64,000 nt of DNA, taken from IMG/VR virus record IMGVR_UViG_3300012910_000003, positions 31,639 through 95,638 of that record; one strand, given 5' to 3'. The DNA comes from a virus (Duplodnaviria > Caudoviricetes). Position numbers and translations under genes: made by a program. A model generated the notes under the pieces. The model made no database searches. It was not told the DNA's origin and worked only from the letters and a program-made list of their open reading frames with translations. Below are positions 31,401 through 41,422 of the stretch, piece after piece (positions within the stretch are counted from its first letter, which is position 1; each line of letters begins with the position of its first letter).

Positions 31401-34400
31401 TCAAGCTATTAAATCATTTAGTTTTGGACATTTACCTCAAACTTTAAATTATAAAGTACAAGATATTAAAGGTAATTGGGTTAATAGTAGTTATTCTTTT
31501 AATAAACCTACACAAATAAAACATGCTGTAGTACCTTTAATTCCAGCTTTTACTAAGAATTATCCTCAATTAGAACAACTAAGAACTAAAATGGAGAGTT
31601 CTAAAATAGGAGAATTTATATTTGATTCTGCTGTTAAAGCTGGTGCTACTAAAGTACATAGTCCTGAAGCTATACAAGATTGGATAAGTAAAGATAGTAA
31701 GATCTATCCTATTACTTTATCTATGGAGAATTGGGGAGAAGTATTAGATGTTCCTTATAAAGATACTATAGAAGAAAAATTCTCTACTCAAAAGATGAGA
31801 TTAGCTATGGTTAATGTTGAAGATAATTCTTCTTATAATGTTAACTGGTCAGATACTCCTATAACTGGTGAAGAACTTAAAGATTACTATAATAATGCTA
31901 TTTCAAATATTCTAAAAGAACAGTATAATACTTTTAAAGATAAGATATTTACTGAAGGTAAGTTAGATGTTAATAAACTAAAAGGTTACTTAAAGGATCT
32001 TATTACAGCTAATGACCCTAGTTCTTTTACTGATTACTGGGATAACCTATTTAAAGATCTCACAGAGTATAATTTATATACTCTGGATACCCCACAAATT
32101 AAAGATAGGATTTATAGTCTAATAGCTGCCTCTTATAATAAGAGTGTGTTAGATATAAATATTACAGGTAAATCTGCTGTATTAGCTAGTACTTATGGTA
32201 TGTATGGTATTAATATAGCTGATATTAAGAATAATGTTGATTATTCTCTACATTCAGCTCAATTATATGATGGTGCTAGTAATATTACTGATAAGGATTT
32301 GGTTCAAATACAAAGAGAATATAGTAGATTAGGTAAACAAGTACCTACTAATATTCAAGAAGCTAAACAGTTTATTACTAATGATCCTATAGTAAGTTCT
32401 GATGAAGTAGTAATAACTCCTGCTTATTTTATAAAGTCTTTAAAAAGAAAAGATATAGACCCTACTATATTTATGGATAGTAAAGGTAATTTTGATGTTG
32501 ATAAAATACCAGAACCTTTAAGATTTGTATCTTTTCATAGAATACCTTATCAAGATAAAAATAGTAATTCTAAAGCTTATATTAAAGATTTTACTAATGT
32601 GGCTTCAGGAACTCTTATATACTTTAATCCTGACTTATTAACTAGATCAGGAGGTGACTTTGATATTGATAAAGTATATATTGAATTTTTTGATTATAAT
32701 TTAGATTCTGAAGGTACTTGGGGATTACCTGATACTTATAAAAACAGATTAATAGAATCACATTTAGCTGTAGCAGCTAGCCCTTTACACTATAAAGAAC
32801 TTATTACTCCTAACAATACTAAACAATTAGAAGTACTTAGAGATGCTATTATAGCTACTCAAAAGAGTAAAGATAAGAATCCTTATTGGTTTAGTGTACA
32901 AAAACAATCTTCTTATAGAAAGGCTAATAAAGCTTGTAAAGATCTTATTGGTTTATATTCAGTAGGTAATGTGTTTCATGGTATAGCTCAACAGATTAAA
33001 CCTGTGTTTACTAAAGGATTTCCAGTTAAAATAGGTAAAGAGTATACTGAATTTGGTAATAAGTTTGATGAAGAAGGTAATCTTATATCAGATAATAATA
33101 TGCAATATGGTAGTGCTGCTGTAGATGGAGTTAAAGATCCTATATTAGGAGAATTAAATCATAATTTATTTACAGCACCATTAAAAATGATGTTAAACTT
33201 AATAGGTGTTGGTAAAACTACTTTAGAGTATTTTACTAATAATCCTATGTATATAGATGTTGTTAAGTATTATAATCAATATGTACTTACAGAATCTAGT
33301 AATAATCAAGCAGTTGCTAAGGCATTTAGTCAAGTATCTAGTGAGAATAATATTAATATAGGAGAGGGTAATAATTGGGATTTAGAAACTTTAGTACCTT
33401 TTGTTGAAACTATTAGTTCTGATCCTAAAGATTTACTAAAAGTAAATAGAGATAACTTCTTTTCTTTATACTACCACCATAAATTAGCTGAAAAGTTTAA
33501 TTCATTTGTACAAGGTTCTAGGTTATCTAATTCAGGTGTTAAGAATAATATAGCTGAAAATGTTATTAACTTTAGTAAATATAAAGAGAACTTTTTATAC
33601 AACTCAGATAGTCCTTATATTACTTATAACAAAGAAGCTTTTGATTCTCATTGGTTAAAAACCTATGAAGATACTATAGGTAAAGAGTTTACTACAACTA
33701 TTAATGAGGTAAATACTTATCATAAAGCCTTTTATAGAGATACTTTTAATCTTGCTAAAGAATGGGGGATAAAACTTAATAGTAGAGATCAAGTATCTAA
33801 ATTTTATAGTGGAGTTGATGTATACTTAGCAGTTAATAATGATAAGTTAGTAGATACTTATAAGAATACTGGTTATAAACAAGGTGATTTCTTAACTAAC
33901 TTTCCTTTAGATTTTTATAATTGGCTTAAAAAAGATTCTTACATGGGTAGTAATTACTTCTTAGATAATATAGTTATTATAGATAATACTACAACAGGCA
34001 TTAAAGAACTTAGATTTAGAGATAATAAAGATATTAGAGTTGATAGTATTATTGATTCTTATACAGAATTCTTTAATAAGTATCCTAAAGAAGCTAAATT
34101 ATTATTTGGTTATACTTTTAAGAGATATGGATTTAGTAAAACTAAAATATCTCCTATAAAATATATGGAGCCCATGGTTGAAGAATTGGGTATTAATGAG
34201 GCTTATCAAAAAGATTATAATCTTATTAAGGATAATCAACTACCTACTCATTTTATACAAACTGATTTTATAGATGATTTTGCTAGAAATAACAAAGATA
34301 TGTGTACTAAAGAGTTAAAAGCTGTTATGAAGAAAAGAAAGTTAAGTTTTTTTCCAGAATCTCAAGGTAAATATAATTATAGAACTGATGTATCAGAAAG

Positions 34401-34446
34401 TAATAAACTTGATAATAGTCAAAAAGAAGATTGTACTAAAATTTAA
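28462..34446 (+). CDS. Virion-packaged DNA-dependent RNA polymerase with N-terminal zincin-like domain
   Basis: Catalytic GGDFDIDK (DFDID at 32656-32670), upstream RIPYQ, AVDGVKDP; HEAFH (28654-28668) followed by EEQLADDF. Confidence 0.92.
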   Translation: MKQQDCLLPIGVDLKWLEEKLPHIPVNLLEDVVDLTHKYGKEALGVFTNGVIELAKNTPKGVEYHEAFHAVFNSYLSEDQRNKILKDTKKSEEQLADDFADYILYKVRPESNLLNDFFKKIKFWIKEKLGLINIYDLYSAIDNSYFANKQPFTYKGNPKFKENIDYISEANKIEIVKSVTYDVLNTLIKENNLSNIYYLDLENYKPSDIIREVRDCLLAYSESGNPILERISKSNNLVKLTTLTLREIEKNTNISIKDIEDNSDLLAEEDFTPEIWDQSPFKKDVSDKFSTEFRMFLSTIPKVEVLNGEIVPSLNNFGIETYMDRGIVQVELYKDLSNVNDVDKMVDILKSKISEKPFYKYIVDAIEDTKDQKVIEINDKQYTTNNFKNQLFSNLNNYFNRFISNNTDYITGDNKTQYINTRSYITNDSGINNEILNQWRSTVNKEANLDELISKYGGELDKLTDKGIQELYETLNKDFNIDIEFDTISFYKDKSSTIILGVKELLDSNQDLGKNSNVRRLATKDSEYKQVNNTTITRKAGDKLFVVGNYTPAKKLRVNLTKPDFLKSLKLDPLYKINRLFDPSTQIFTLESDNITDVDSGDSNSLGYQEMEEVQWELNRLHSYFNNEDLGKDRSQQIGTVPFVTPSDASNIEVFNIQKRTWILNEAQLKQYKITDRYLPIKSHLFDSIIYPEFERIKAVRAINNYIQYLDLQIKNSSSEEEKQGYIDEKVNLEIKNWNKNGQFFMMFPELNTILTDQLLTLDKEKLKDVVYPILEQSLKESLTIDFNHFSDLGIVTGKGSTLLFNSQIVDSNLSKLALGSENGKLWLLNYFMERYVANTEATMLQCGDLAFYKSAVDKKGNIDINQLISSTHTDANKRSKQAQVPSRSTVDANYDVMFVESLTAKSEYFDAYKNILGDLCNDKTYGGIDRTDAATFCTIERAIQIFTLKGKDGEEALNALKRIAEDGDITSKEDINFVIQAIKSFSFGHLPQTLNYKVQDIKGNWVNSSYSFNKPTQIKHAVVPLIPAFTKNYPQLEQLRTKMESSKIGEFIFDSAVKAGATKVHSPEAIQDWISKDSKIYPITLSMENWGEVLDVPYKDTIEEKFSTQKMRLAMVNVEDNSSYNVNWSDTPITGEELKDYYNNAISNILKEQYNTFKDKIFTEGKLDVNKLKGYLKDLITANDPSSFTDYWDNLFKDLTEYNLYTLDTPQIKDRIYSLIAASYNKSVLDINITGKSAVLASTYGMYGINIADIKNNVDYSLHSAQLYDGASNITDKDLVQIQREYSRLGKQVPTNIQEAKQFITNDPIVSSDEVVITPAYFIKSLKRKDIDPTIFMDSKGNFDVDKIPEPLRFVSFHRIPYQDKNSNSKAYIKDFTNVASGTLIYFNPDLLTRSGGDFDIDKVYIEFFDYNLDSEGTWGLPDTYKNRLIESHLAVAASPLHYKELITPNNTKQLEVLRDAIIATQKSKDKNPYWFSVQKQSSYRKANKACKDLIGLYSVGNVFHGIAQQIKPVFTKGFPVKIGKEYTEFGNKFDEEGNLISDNNMQYGSAAVDGVKDPILGELNHNLFTAPLKMMLNLIGVGKTTLEYFTNNPMYIDVVKYYNQYVLTESSNNQAVAKAFSQVSSENNINIGEGNNWDLETLVPFVETISSDPKDLLKVNRDNFFSLYYHHKLAEKFNSFVQGSRLSNSGVKNNIAENVINFSKYKENFLYNSDSPYITYNKEAFDSHWLKTYEDTIGKEFTTTINEVNTYHKAFYRDTFNLAKEWGIKLNSRDQVSKFYSGVDVYLAVNNDKLVDTYKNTGYKQGDFLTNFPLDFYNWLKKDSYMGSNYFLDNIVIIDNTTTGIKELRFRDNKDIRVDSIIDSYTEFFNKYPKEAKLLFGYTFKRYGFSKTKISPIKYMEPMVEELGINEAYQKDYNLIKDNQLPTHFIQTDFIDDFARNNKDMCTKELKAVMKKRKLSFFPESQGKYNYRTDVSESNKLDNSQKEDCTKI

Positions 34447-34462
34447 CTAACTTTATAGAATT

Positions 34463-37400
34463 ATGAAAATAAATACTTGTAGTACATTTATTGATTTAAA
34501 AGCAGCTTCTAAAGATATTTTAGTTAAAGAAGGTATTATTGCAGATAGTAATCTTAAAATACTTGATTTAGATAAATTTGAAAGTAAGATAAAAGAGTGG
34601 GCTTCTTCCCATAAAGATCAGAAATTATGGTTAAAAGGTAATAGAATAGGAGGAGAGTATTATGCTGAATTTAATAGTGAGCTTAGTAATGATATATTAA
34701 ATCCTGAAATAGATAATACTCAACATCTTATACAAAAGACTAAAGATATTATTTATACTAAAATGGCTAAACTTGAGGAAAGGATTAAAGCTAATAGAGG
34801 TAATAAGGAACTTCAAGAGAAATATTTTAAATACTTAGATGGTTTAAAGACTGATATTTCTAATCAAGAGATTACTTCTGGTATAATGAAGTTTTTAAAT
34901 ATTATTGATAGAGAGTGTAACCAAAGATTACAACATCTAGAAGATAAGAAAAATGGGGGTAAAGCTTTAAATGCTTCTGAAGTTTCTTATTTAAAAACTT
35001 TCTTAGATATGGGTAATGTAGTTGATGAGTTATCTAAAGAGTTAAATACTAATACTAATAGTCCTTTATTTCCTAATAAAGTTAGAAGCAAGGTATTGTT
35101 AAATAGAATAAATAATAAACTTAAAGAAATTAAAGACAGGGTTTATACTGATGATTATGATGCAGCTTCTTCTTTTTTATCAAGTATAAATACTAATAAG
35201 AATCTTGATACTAATAAGATTAAGTCTTTACTACAAAAAGGATTTGGTGATGTATCTTGGTTTAGTAGATGGTTAGATGTTGCTAGAGATTCTACTGATG
35301 TTATATTAAGTTTATTAGCCCAGAAGATCCAAGAAAGTAAATTCTTAGGTAGAACTAAAGCTGATAAGGTTAATAAAGAAATAGCTGACTTATCAGAAGA
35401 GTTAATAGCTTATCAAAATAGTAAAGGAATTAATTCTAATAACCATCAAGCTGTTTATGAGCCTTTTTTAGAAAGAACTAAAGAAGGTAAATTAACTGGT
35501 TTTATGGTTAGAGAAACTACCTTTGAGTGGAGAATGAGAGTTAGAGATTTTTATAGAGAAAATCCAGAACCTTCTAAAGCAGTAGAAAAAGCTTTTTTTG
35601 CTTCTATAGAAAGTATAAAACTAAACCCTAAATTTTTAGCTATAAAAAGTAATCCTAATTATAGTAAATGGTATGAGGGGGTTATAAAAATTAAACAAGA
35701 ATCTGATAAAAATATTGGTGATGTTTCTTTATATAAAATACCCACTCTTTATAAACAAGAATTAGATACTATAGTAGAACATGGTGTTTTTTCAAAACAA
35801 GCAGCTGAGGCTTTAAAAAATAAATTTAAAGTAACTACTTTAGATACTAATTATCAAGAAGGTAGTAGTATATCAGGTAATCCTGTAAGTTTTTTACCTA
35901 TACATTTTAATGTACCTTTTGAGCAATTAGATGTTAATCAACTAAGTTTAAACCTAGGTTCTAGTTTAATGGCTTATAATTCAATGTCATATAATTATGG
36001 AGAACTTAATAAAATAGTTGATGATGTTGAAAATGTTAGGGATTTAATGGCTAAAAGACAAGTAGTTATAACTGATAAAGGTATTGGTTCTGTAAATACT
36101 TATATAGCTAAATTAAGGAATAAGTTTGGAGATAAAGCTGATATAACTGAAGATCCTACTAGAATTAAACAAGGTTCTGAAACTCTAGCTTATCAACAAT
36201 TAAATGATTATTTAGATGCTGTATTTTATGATAAACCTAGTGAGAGGGCTTTATTATTTGGTACTGATATTACTAAAACTATAGATACTATTAATGGATA
36301 TACTGGACTAGCTAAATTAAGTTTTAATATCTTTCAATCAGGTAGTCAGTTCTTTACTGGTGCTTTATGGAGAAAAGTAGAAGCTTTAGGAGCTACTGAA
36401 TTTAATAGTAATGATCTTAATAAAGCTACTGTAGAATACACTAAACAAGTAACTGATTTAAGTGTTATAAGAGATTCTGTAAGTAATGTACCTAAACATA
36501 AAATTAATGTATTAAGAAAGTATTTTAATGTGGGTAAACACTATAGCGGTATAGATAGTAATCTTTCTAAAGTATTGGATACTAAATATAGTGCTGCTTT
36601 ACTTAATAGTGGTACTGATCATATGTTAAGTAGTATTACTATGATGTCAGTATTAAACAATATTAAGGTTAAAAATAAAGCAGGAGAAGAGGTTTCTTTA
36701 TATGATGCTTTAGATGTTGATAGTTCTGGTAATTTAATCAAATCTTTTCCTTTTGAATTTACTGATAAAGATGCTTTTTTAACTTCTCAAAAGATTTCTA
36801 CTATAAATAGAAATATTGATGGATCTATTACACCTGATGATGAAATAGCTTTAAAAAGAAATGCTTATGGTAGATTAGTAATGTTATTTAGAAACTGGGT
36901 TGCTCCTTCTTATTTATCAAGATTTGGTTATACCTATGATGAAAAAGGTAATATAAAAGGTAGATTTAATCAATCATTAGGAAGAGAAACTCTTGGTTAC
37001 TATACTGAGACATTACTTTACTTAAAAGAGGTTTCTAAAGAGCTAAAAACAGGTAATTTTAAGGGTGCTATGGCTATATGGGATAAACTTGATAACTCTA
37101 GTAAAAAGAATCTTATTAAGTTTGGTTCTGAAATGAGCTTTTTAACTGCTACATTACTATTAGCTAAAATGTTAGTATATTTACAACTAGGAGATGATGA
37201 TGAGGATAAAAATGCTTTACTATCTACTATGGCAGTACTAGCTAATAGAGTTAATACTGAGATGAGTCAATATGTTAATCCCTGGAAAACTCAAGAATTA
37301 ATGAGAAGTCCTGCTGCTAGTATGACTATGTTAGAATCTACTATAACTTTATTTAATCAAGTTGTAGGATTTAAAATAGAAGAAGAAGGAGTAGATTTTA

Positions 37401-37534
37401 ATATTAATGATGTATATGAGAGTGGTAAGAGAAAAGGTGATTTAAAGATTACTACTCCTATTAAAACTAATATTCCTATTTGGAATAGTGTAGATCAATT
37501 TGTAAATATAAATGAACATAAAGCTTTAGATTAA
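34463..37534 (+). CDS. Large ejection protein
   Basis: 1023 aa helical protein following RNAP; GRLVMLFRNW motif, hydrophobic C-terminal helix. Confidence 0.7.
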   Translation: MKINTCSTFIDLKAASKDILVKEGIIADSNLKILDLDKFESKIKEWASSHKDQKLWLKGNRIGGEYYAEFNSELSNDILNPEIDNTQHLIQKTKDIIYTKMAKLEERIKANRGNKELQEKYFKYLDGLKTDISNQEITSGIMKFLNIIDRECNQRLQHLEDKKNGGKALNASEVSYLKTFLDMGNVVDELSKELNTNTNSPLFPNKVRSKVLLNRINNKLKEIKDRVYTDDYDAASSFLSSINTNKNLDTNKIKSLLQKGFGDVSWFSRWLDVARDSTDVILSLLAQKIQESKFLGRTKADKVNKEIADLSEELIAYQNSKGINSNNHQAVYEPFLERTKEGKLTGFMVRETTFEWRMRVRDFYRENPEPSKAVEKAFFASIESIKLNPKFLAIKSNPNYSKWYEGVIKIKQESDKNIGDVSLYKIPTLYKQELDTIVEHGVFSKQAAEALKNKFKVTTLDTNYQEGSSISGNPVSFLPIHFNVPFEQLDVNQLSLNLGSSLMAYNSMSYNYGELNKIVDDVENVRDLMAKRQVVITDKGIGSVNTYIAKLRNKFGDKADITEDPTRIKQGSETLAYQQLNDYLDAVFYDKPSERALLFGTDITKTIDTINGYTGLAKLSFNIFQSGSQFFTGALWRKVEALGATEFNSNDLNKATVEYTKQVTDLSVIRDSVSNVPKHKINVLRKYFNVGKHYSGIDSNLSKVLDTKYSAALLNSGTDHMLSSITMMSVLNNIKVKNKAGEEVSLYDALDVDSSGNLIKSFPFEFTDKDAFLTSQKISTINRNIDGSITPDDEIALKRNAYGRLVMLFRNWVAPSYLSRFGYTYDEKGNIKGRFNQSLGRETLGYYTETLLYLKEVSKELKTGNFKGAMAIWDKLDNSSKKNLIKFGSEMSFLTATLLLAKMLVYLQLGDDDEDKNALLSTMAVLANRVNTEMSQYVNPWKTQELMRSPAASMTMLESTITLFNQVVGFKIEEEGVDFNINDVYESGKRKGDLKITTPIKTNIPIWNSVDQFVNINEHKALD

Positions 37535-37540
37535 TAAATA

Positions 37541-38107
37541 ATGGCTGATATAACAACAAGTGTTAGTAATACTAACCTTTTCACTTTAACTAATAATGGT
37601 GTTACATTATTAACTTATTTTATAGAAAGAACTACTTGTAAAGGTAATTCTCTTATATATGTTAATACTGATATAGATGGTAGTGATTTACCTTCAAATG
37701 ATATAGACCCTGATACTAGTTTTACTTACCAATTTAGTGAAGATGGTTTATATAGATTAACTATAGAAGGATCTCCTAATGAGGAATACTATATAAGAGT
37801 AACTGGTAATATAGAAGCTTGTGAAAGAGCTTTAATGCAAGAACTATTATGTAATCTTGATAATTGTAATAAGTTAGACTATTGTCAAAAAGTTAATAAA
37901 ATGTTGAAGTTTAGTAATTTTAAAGACTATCTATATGGTTTATTAAATCAATATCAACAAGAACAATCTATTTCCACTTTAATAGCTATACCAACTGCTG
38001 AAAGATTAACTATTTGTCAGTATTTCTGTTTATTAGCTGATTTATGTGGTTGTGTTACTGTTAATACTTATACAACAAATACTACTGATTGTGGTTGTAA
38101 TTCTTAA
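37541..38107 (+). CDS. Cys-rich putative virion protein
   Basis: Ig-like FSEDGLYRL segment then Cys-rich helical tail ending DCGCNS. Confidence 0.55.
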   Translation: MADITTSVSNTNLFTLTNNGVTLLTYFIERTTCKGNSLIYVNTDIDGSDLPSNDIDPDTSFTYQFSEDGLYRLTIEGSPNEEYYIRVTGNIEACERALMQELLCNLDNCNKLDYCQKVNKMLKFSNFKDYLYGLLNQYQQEQSISTLIAIPTAERLTICQYFCLLADLCGCVTVNTYTTNTTDCGCNS

Positions 38108-38116
38108 ATAGACACT

Positions 38117-39220
38117 ATGAGTGAATTTAATTATCCAATACAAATAGATGATAGTACTTATAGTAAGACTATAGGTGATTATGACTATAATAGAATCTTT
38201 GACTATTTAACTGATAATACTGATTGGAAATTTACTTTAGATAAAGTAAAAAACAATCTTAAATTAGGTATAGAAGATAGTAATCTTAATAAAAAAGTTT
38301 ATGACTATAGTTTAATACTTAAATACTTTAGCAATCTTTCTAAGTATTGTAGAAATGCTACTACAACTGAAAGAAATAATCTTTATTGTACATTTATTAC
38401 TTGTTTAGAAACATCCTTTGTTTGTAGAAATAATCCTCAAATAATAAGAGATTTAGCAGATTTATTATGTCTCCCCCATACAACTACTAACTCAGATTGT
38501 TGTAGTACTTATACTTATGATATATTTACTTATGATATATTAAGTTACACAAGTTCTTGTACTGATTTTGATAATACTATTAGTACTGCTGTAGTTCCTG
38601 TATTTTCAGGAGTAATTACTTATATTCCTCAAACTGTTGATGATTATAGTGCTTGTGTGTTAACACAATATAGATTAACTAGTACTTCTACAGCATCTAA
38701 TAGTGATTTTATATTATATAAGTTATTACCACCTGTAACTGCTGATGAAGGTGATAAATTTGTACTTACAATTCAAGCTGAAAATACTTTTGGTAGAGAT
38801 TTTATAGAACAAGGTGCTTTATTAGATAGTACTTGGGACTTTAATACTTCTCATAAAAAAGAATATTTAGCTAATTATAGAACTTATTTATTTAGATATA
38901 TTAATAGTGAGTGGTATGTGGATGATGTTAATACTAATAAATATGAACAAATAACTTATCAATCATCTAATATATTTAATAGTACTCCTGTTATACCTTT
39001 TCATGCAGGTATTGAGTATACTTTATTAAGTATGGTGTTTGATACTAATGTTACAATACCTCTAGATAATCCCATATATTCTAAAGGGTTATATATTAAA
39101 ATAATTTATACTTCAGGAAGTAATCCTTTTACAGTAGATACTTACTCAGATCAAATAGTTTTATCTTCTGGTAATACCTATGAATGGTACTCTGATGGTA
39201 TTTCTTGGATACTACAGTAA
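38117..39220 (+). CDS. Putative virion/tail-associated protein
   Basis: Cys cluster then two beta modules ending FRYINSEWY and WYSDGISW, fibre-like. Confidence 0.45.
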   Translation: MSEFNYPIQIDDSTYSKTIGDYDYNRIFDYLTDNTDWKFTLDKVKNNLKLGIEDSNLNKKVYDYSLILKYFSNLSKYCRNATTTERNNLYCTFITCLETSFVCRNNPQIIRDLADLLCLPHTTTNSDCCSTYTYDIFTYDILSYTSSCTDFDNTISTAVVPVFSGVITYIPQTVDDYSACVLTQYRLTSTSTASNSDFILYKLLPPVTADEGDKFVLTIQAENTFGRDFIEQGALLDSTWDFNTSHKKEYLANYRTYLFRYINSEWYVDDVNTNKYEQITYQSSNIFNSTPVIPFHAGIEYTLLSMVFDTNVTIPLDNPIYSKGLYIKIIYTSGSNPFTVDTYSDQIVLSSGNTYEWYSDGISWILQ

Positions 39221-39855
39221 TAATTATGGTAGGTTTATTAAAACTATATAAAAGAACAGATATAGAAGAATTATTATCTTCTATATCTATCTTTTACTTT
39301 AATAAATTATATATACATATTGATTATTCTGATAATGAGACTATTGAAACACTTAAAAATATCCTCTATAAAACACTTAAATTACCTTTTGAAGTCTATA
39401 TATCAGAAAGTAATTTAGGTTGCTCTAATGCCCATAAAAATGCTTTAAAATGGGTATATAGTTTTAAAGAGGTTGATGAGGTTTGTATTATAGAAGATGA
39501 TCTTAAATTAATTAAAACTCCTAGCTTTTGTTATGAATCTGATAATGAAATTTATGTTTTATCAGAATATTTTTGGTCTTATATTATCAATAGATCTACT
39601 TACAATTATTTAGAGTCTATTAGTTTACAAGATTTAGATTTACCACAGATTCATAAAGATTTATTATTAAAAATGGAAAGTTTAAATCAACCTTTAATAT
39701 GGGATGCTGAACTAGAATTAAAACTTAATTATAATAAATCTTTCTATATACCTATAAATAGAGAAGTTTGTTTTGAAAGTACTAGAGTTCCAAGTACAAG
39801 AAGTAATGAAACTCTAGTTTATGTTACTTATAAAAATGGTGTTAGAATTACTTAG
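39205..39855 (+). CDS. GT-A fold glycosyltransferase (GT2/GT25-like)
   Basis: YIHID, NLGC..AH..AL.W, CIIEDD metal-binding motif, FWSYII, WD. Confidence 0.65.
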   Translation: MDTTVIIMVGLLKLYKRTDIEELLSSISIFYFNKLYIHIDYSDNETIETLKNILYKTLKLPFEVYISESNLGCSNAHKNALKWVYSFKEVDEVCIIEDDLKLIKTPSFCYESDNEIYVLSEYFWSYIINRSTYNYLESISLQDLDLPQIHKDLLLKMESLNQPLIWDAELELKLNYNKSFYIPINREVCFESTRVPSTRSNETLVYVTYKNGVRIT

Positions 39856-40354
39856 TTTTTACTAAACTAAAAGTACCATTTTTATCACCAGTTTTAATTA
39901 TAATACCTTTCCTCATCATTTGTAAAGTATAAAATTTAACTTTATCATTAGTCTTATCAAATCCTATACTAATCTTTTGGTTTGCTAAAACATAATTAGT
40001 TATTGTAGTATTTGTATTAATTCCCATATCTAAACAGTATAGTATCTTTTGAGGATAAGATAATTTATCATCATACATATTTACTACCTTATTTCTAAGA
40101 TCTTCATATGAAATACTACCTTCTCTTTTAGCATACTTTCTTTTAGTAACAGGAATTGCTACTTTCTTTACTTCTAATTCCTCAATATTACTTTGAATAC
40201 TAGGAATAGCCTCAGATTTAGTAATAATAGGTACTTTATACTTACTAATTAATTCCTCTAAATAATCAGCTTTAGTTTTAGCTGATTCCATTACTTCTTG
40301 TTTCTCTTTAATAAGAGCTTCTACAATTATTTGATTATTGTTATTAACCATCAT
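39848..40354 (-). CDS. Hypothetical protein (coiled coil plus possible winged helix)
   Basis: 168-aa ORF; last gene of the - strand block. Confidence 0.6.
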   Translation of the reverse strand: MMVNNNNQIIVEALIKEKQEVMESAKTKADYLEELISKYKVPIITKSEAIPSIQSNIEELEVKKVAIPVTKRKYAKREGSISYEDLRNKVVNMYDDKLSYPQKILYCLDMGINTNTTITNYVLANQKISIGFDKTNDKVKFYTLQMMRKGIIIKTGDKNGTFSLVKTK

Positions 40355-40378
40355 ATTATTTGTTGTTATTTATTATTA

Positions 40379-40921
40379 TTACTTCATTAAACTAGAAAGA
40401 CTAAATGTCTCTTCTATATTGTTAAACATTCTACCTAATTCAGTAGTATACTTATCAAAACTACCTTCCATTAAATACTTCTCACTCATAAAGTCAAAAT
40501 CCTCTTTAGTTGGATTAAACATTAACCTTAACTTTTCAGTTGTAATAGGCTTATCTTTATGATACTCATATACTTTCTTTTTATATAAATCAGAAGTCTT
40601 TGTATAATCTCCTACACTTATTAATTGTATATCCAATAAGAATTCTGAAGGTATCTTAAAACTAAACATTATTAACTCTTCTTCATTATCTATATAAAGA
40701 GTTTTTATAAAGTTAGAATTAGATTCTAAAGCTTGAATCTTAGTTTTATCTAATAAATAAGTAACTATATAGACTCTTTTATTAAATCTATTATCAGAGT
40801 CTTTATCATAATTACTATATAAACTAACAAACTTTACTTTAGAATGAGGGATTACATTATTAAAATTAATAATGGGTAAAAGTAGAAAGTAACTATTGTT
40901 GGTTATTAATGGTATCATCAA
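40379..40921 (-). CDS. Hypothetical protein
   Basis: 180-aa ORF. Confidence 0.65.
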   Translation of the reverse strand: MMIPLITNNSYFLLLPIINFNNVIPHSKVKFVSLYSNYDKDSDNRFNKRVYIVTYLLDKTKIQALESNSNFIKTLYIDNEEELIMFSFKIPSEFLLDIQLISVGDYTKTSDLYKKKVYEYHKDKPITTEKLRLMFNPTKEDFDFMSEKYLMEGSFDKYTTELGRMFNNIEETFSLSSLMK

Positions 40922-41171
40922 ATAGTAGATTTAAACTTGTTACTAAATTCTCTAACATAACATATTGATTAACTGCACCTTTATTAGTTTCTAAAACAAT
41001 ATTTCTTATTAAATCAGATACTATAGCTCTTGGTAACCCTGAGTTTTGTAGTAATAATACTAACTTCTCTTTAACTTGTCTACTAGATAGTATCTGATCT
41101 CTTAGCTGATTTATTTGTATAATAAGATTCTTACTTTTAGATATATTAGACTTATTATCTTCTCTTATCAT
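40893..41171 (-). CDS. Hypothetical protein
   Basis: 92-aa ORF, coupled to neighbours. Confidence 0.55.
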   Translation of the reverse strand: MIREDNKSNISKSKNLIIQINQLRDQILSSRQVKEKLVLLLQNSGLPRAIVSDLIRNIVLETNKGAVNQYVMLENLVTSLNLLFDDTINNQQ

Positions 41172-41422
41172 TAAACAATATAGTTTTTATCCATTAACTT
41201 AACTAACTCTACAAAAGTTATAGGTTTATCTTTATACTGAAATATAAAGTTATAATCTATGTCTATACTAGGTGATTCATAAACTGTAATTATCTCTTTA
41301 TGTTTATTCAGGTAATCTATATACCAATTAGTACTACCATATCTTAATAAGGTACTTGATAAATCTTCTACTTGAGGTATCCAACCTATCTTCTTTAAAT
41401 CATCTATTGTTATATTACTCAT
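41171..41422 (-). CDS. Hypothetical protein
   Basis: 83-aa ORF, coupled. Confidence 0.6.
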   Translation of the reverse strand: MSNITIDDLKKIGWIPQVEDLSSTLLRYGSTNWYIDYLNKHKEIITVYESPSIDIDYNFIFQYKDKPITFVELVKLMDKNYIV

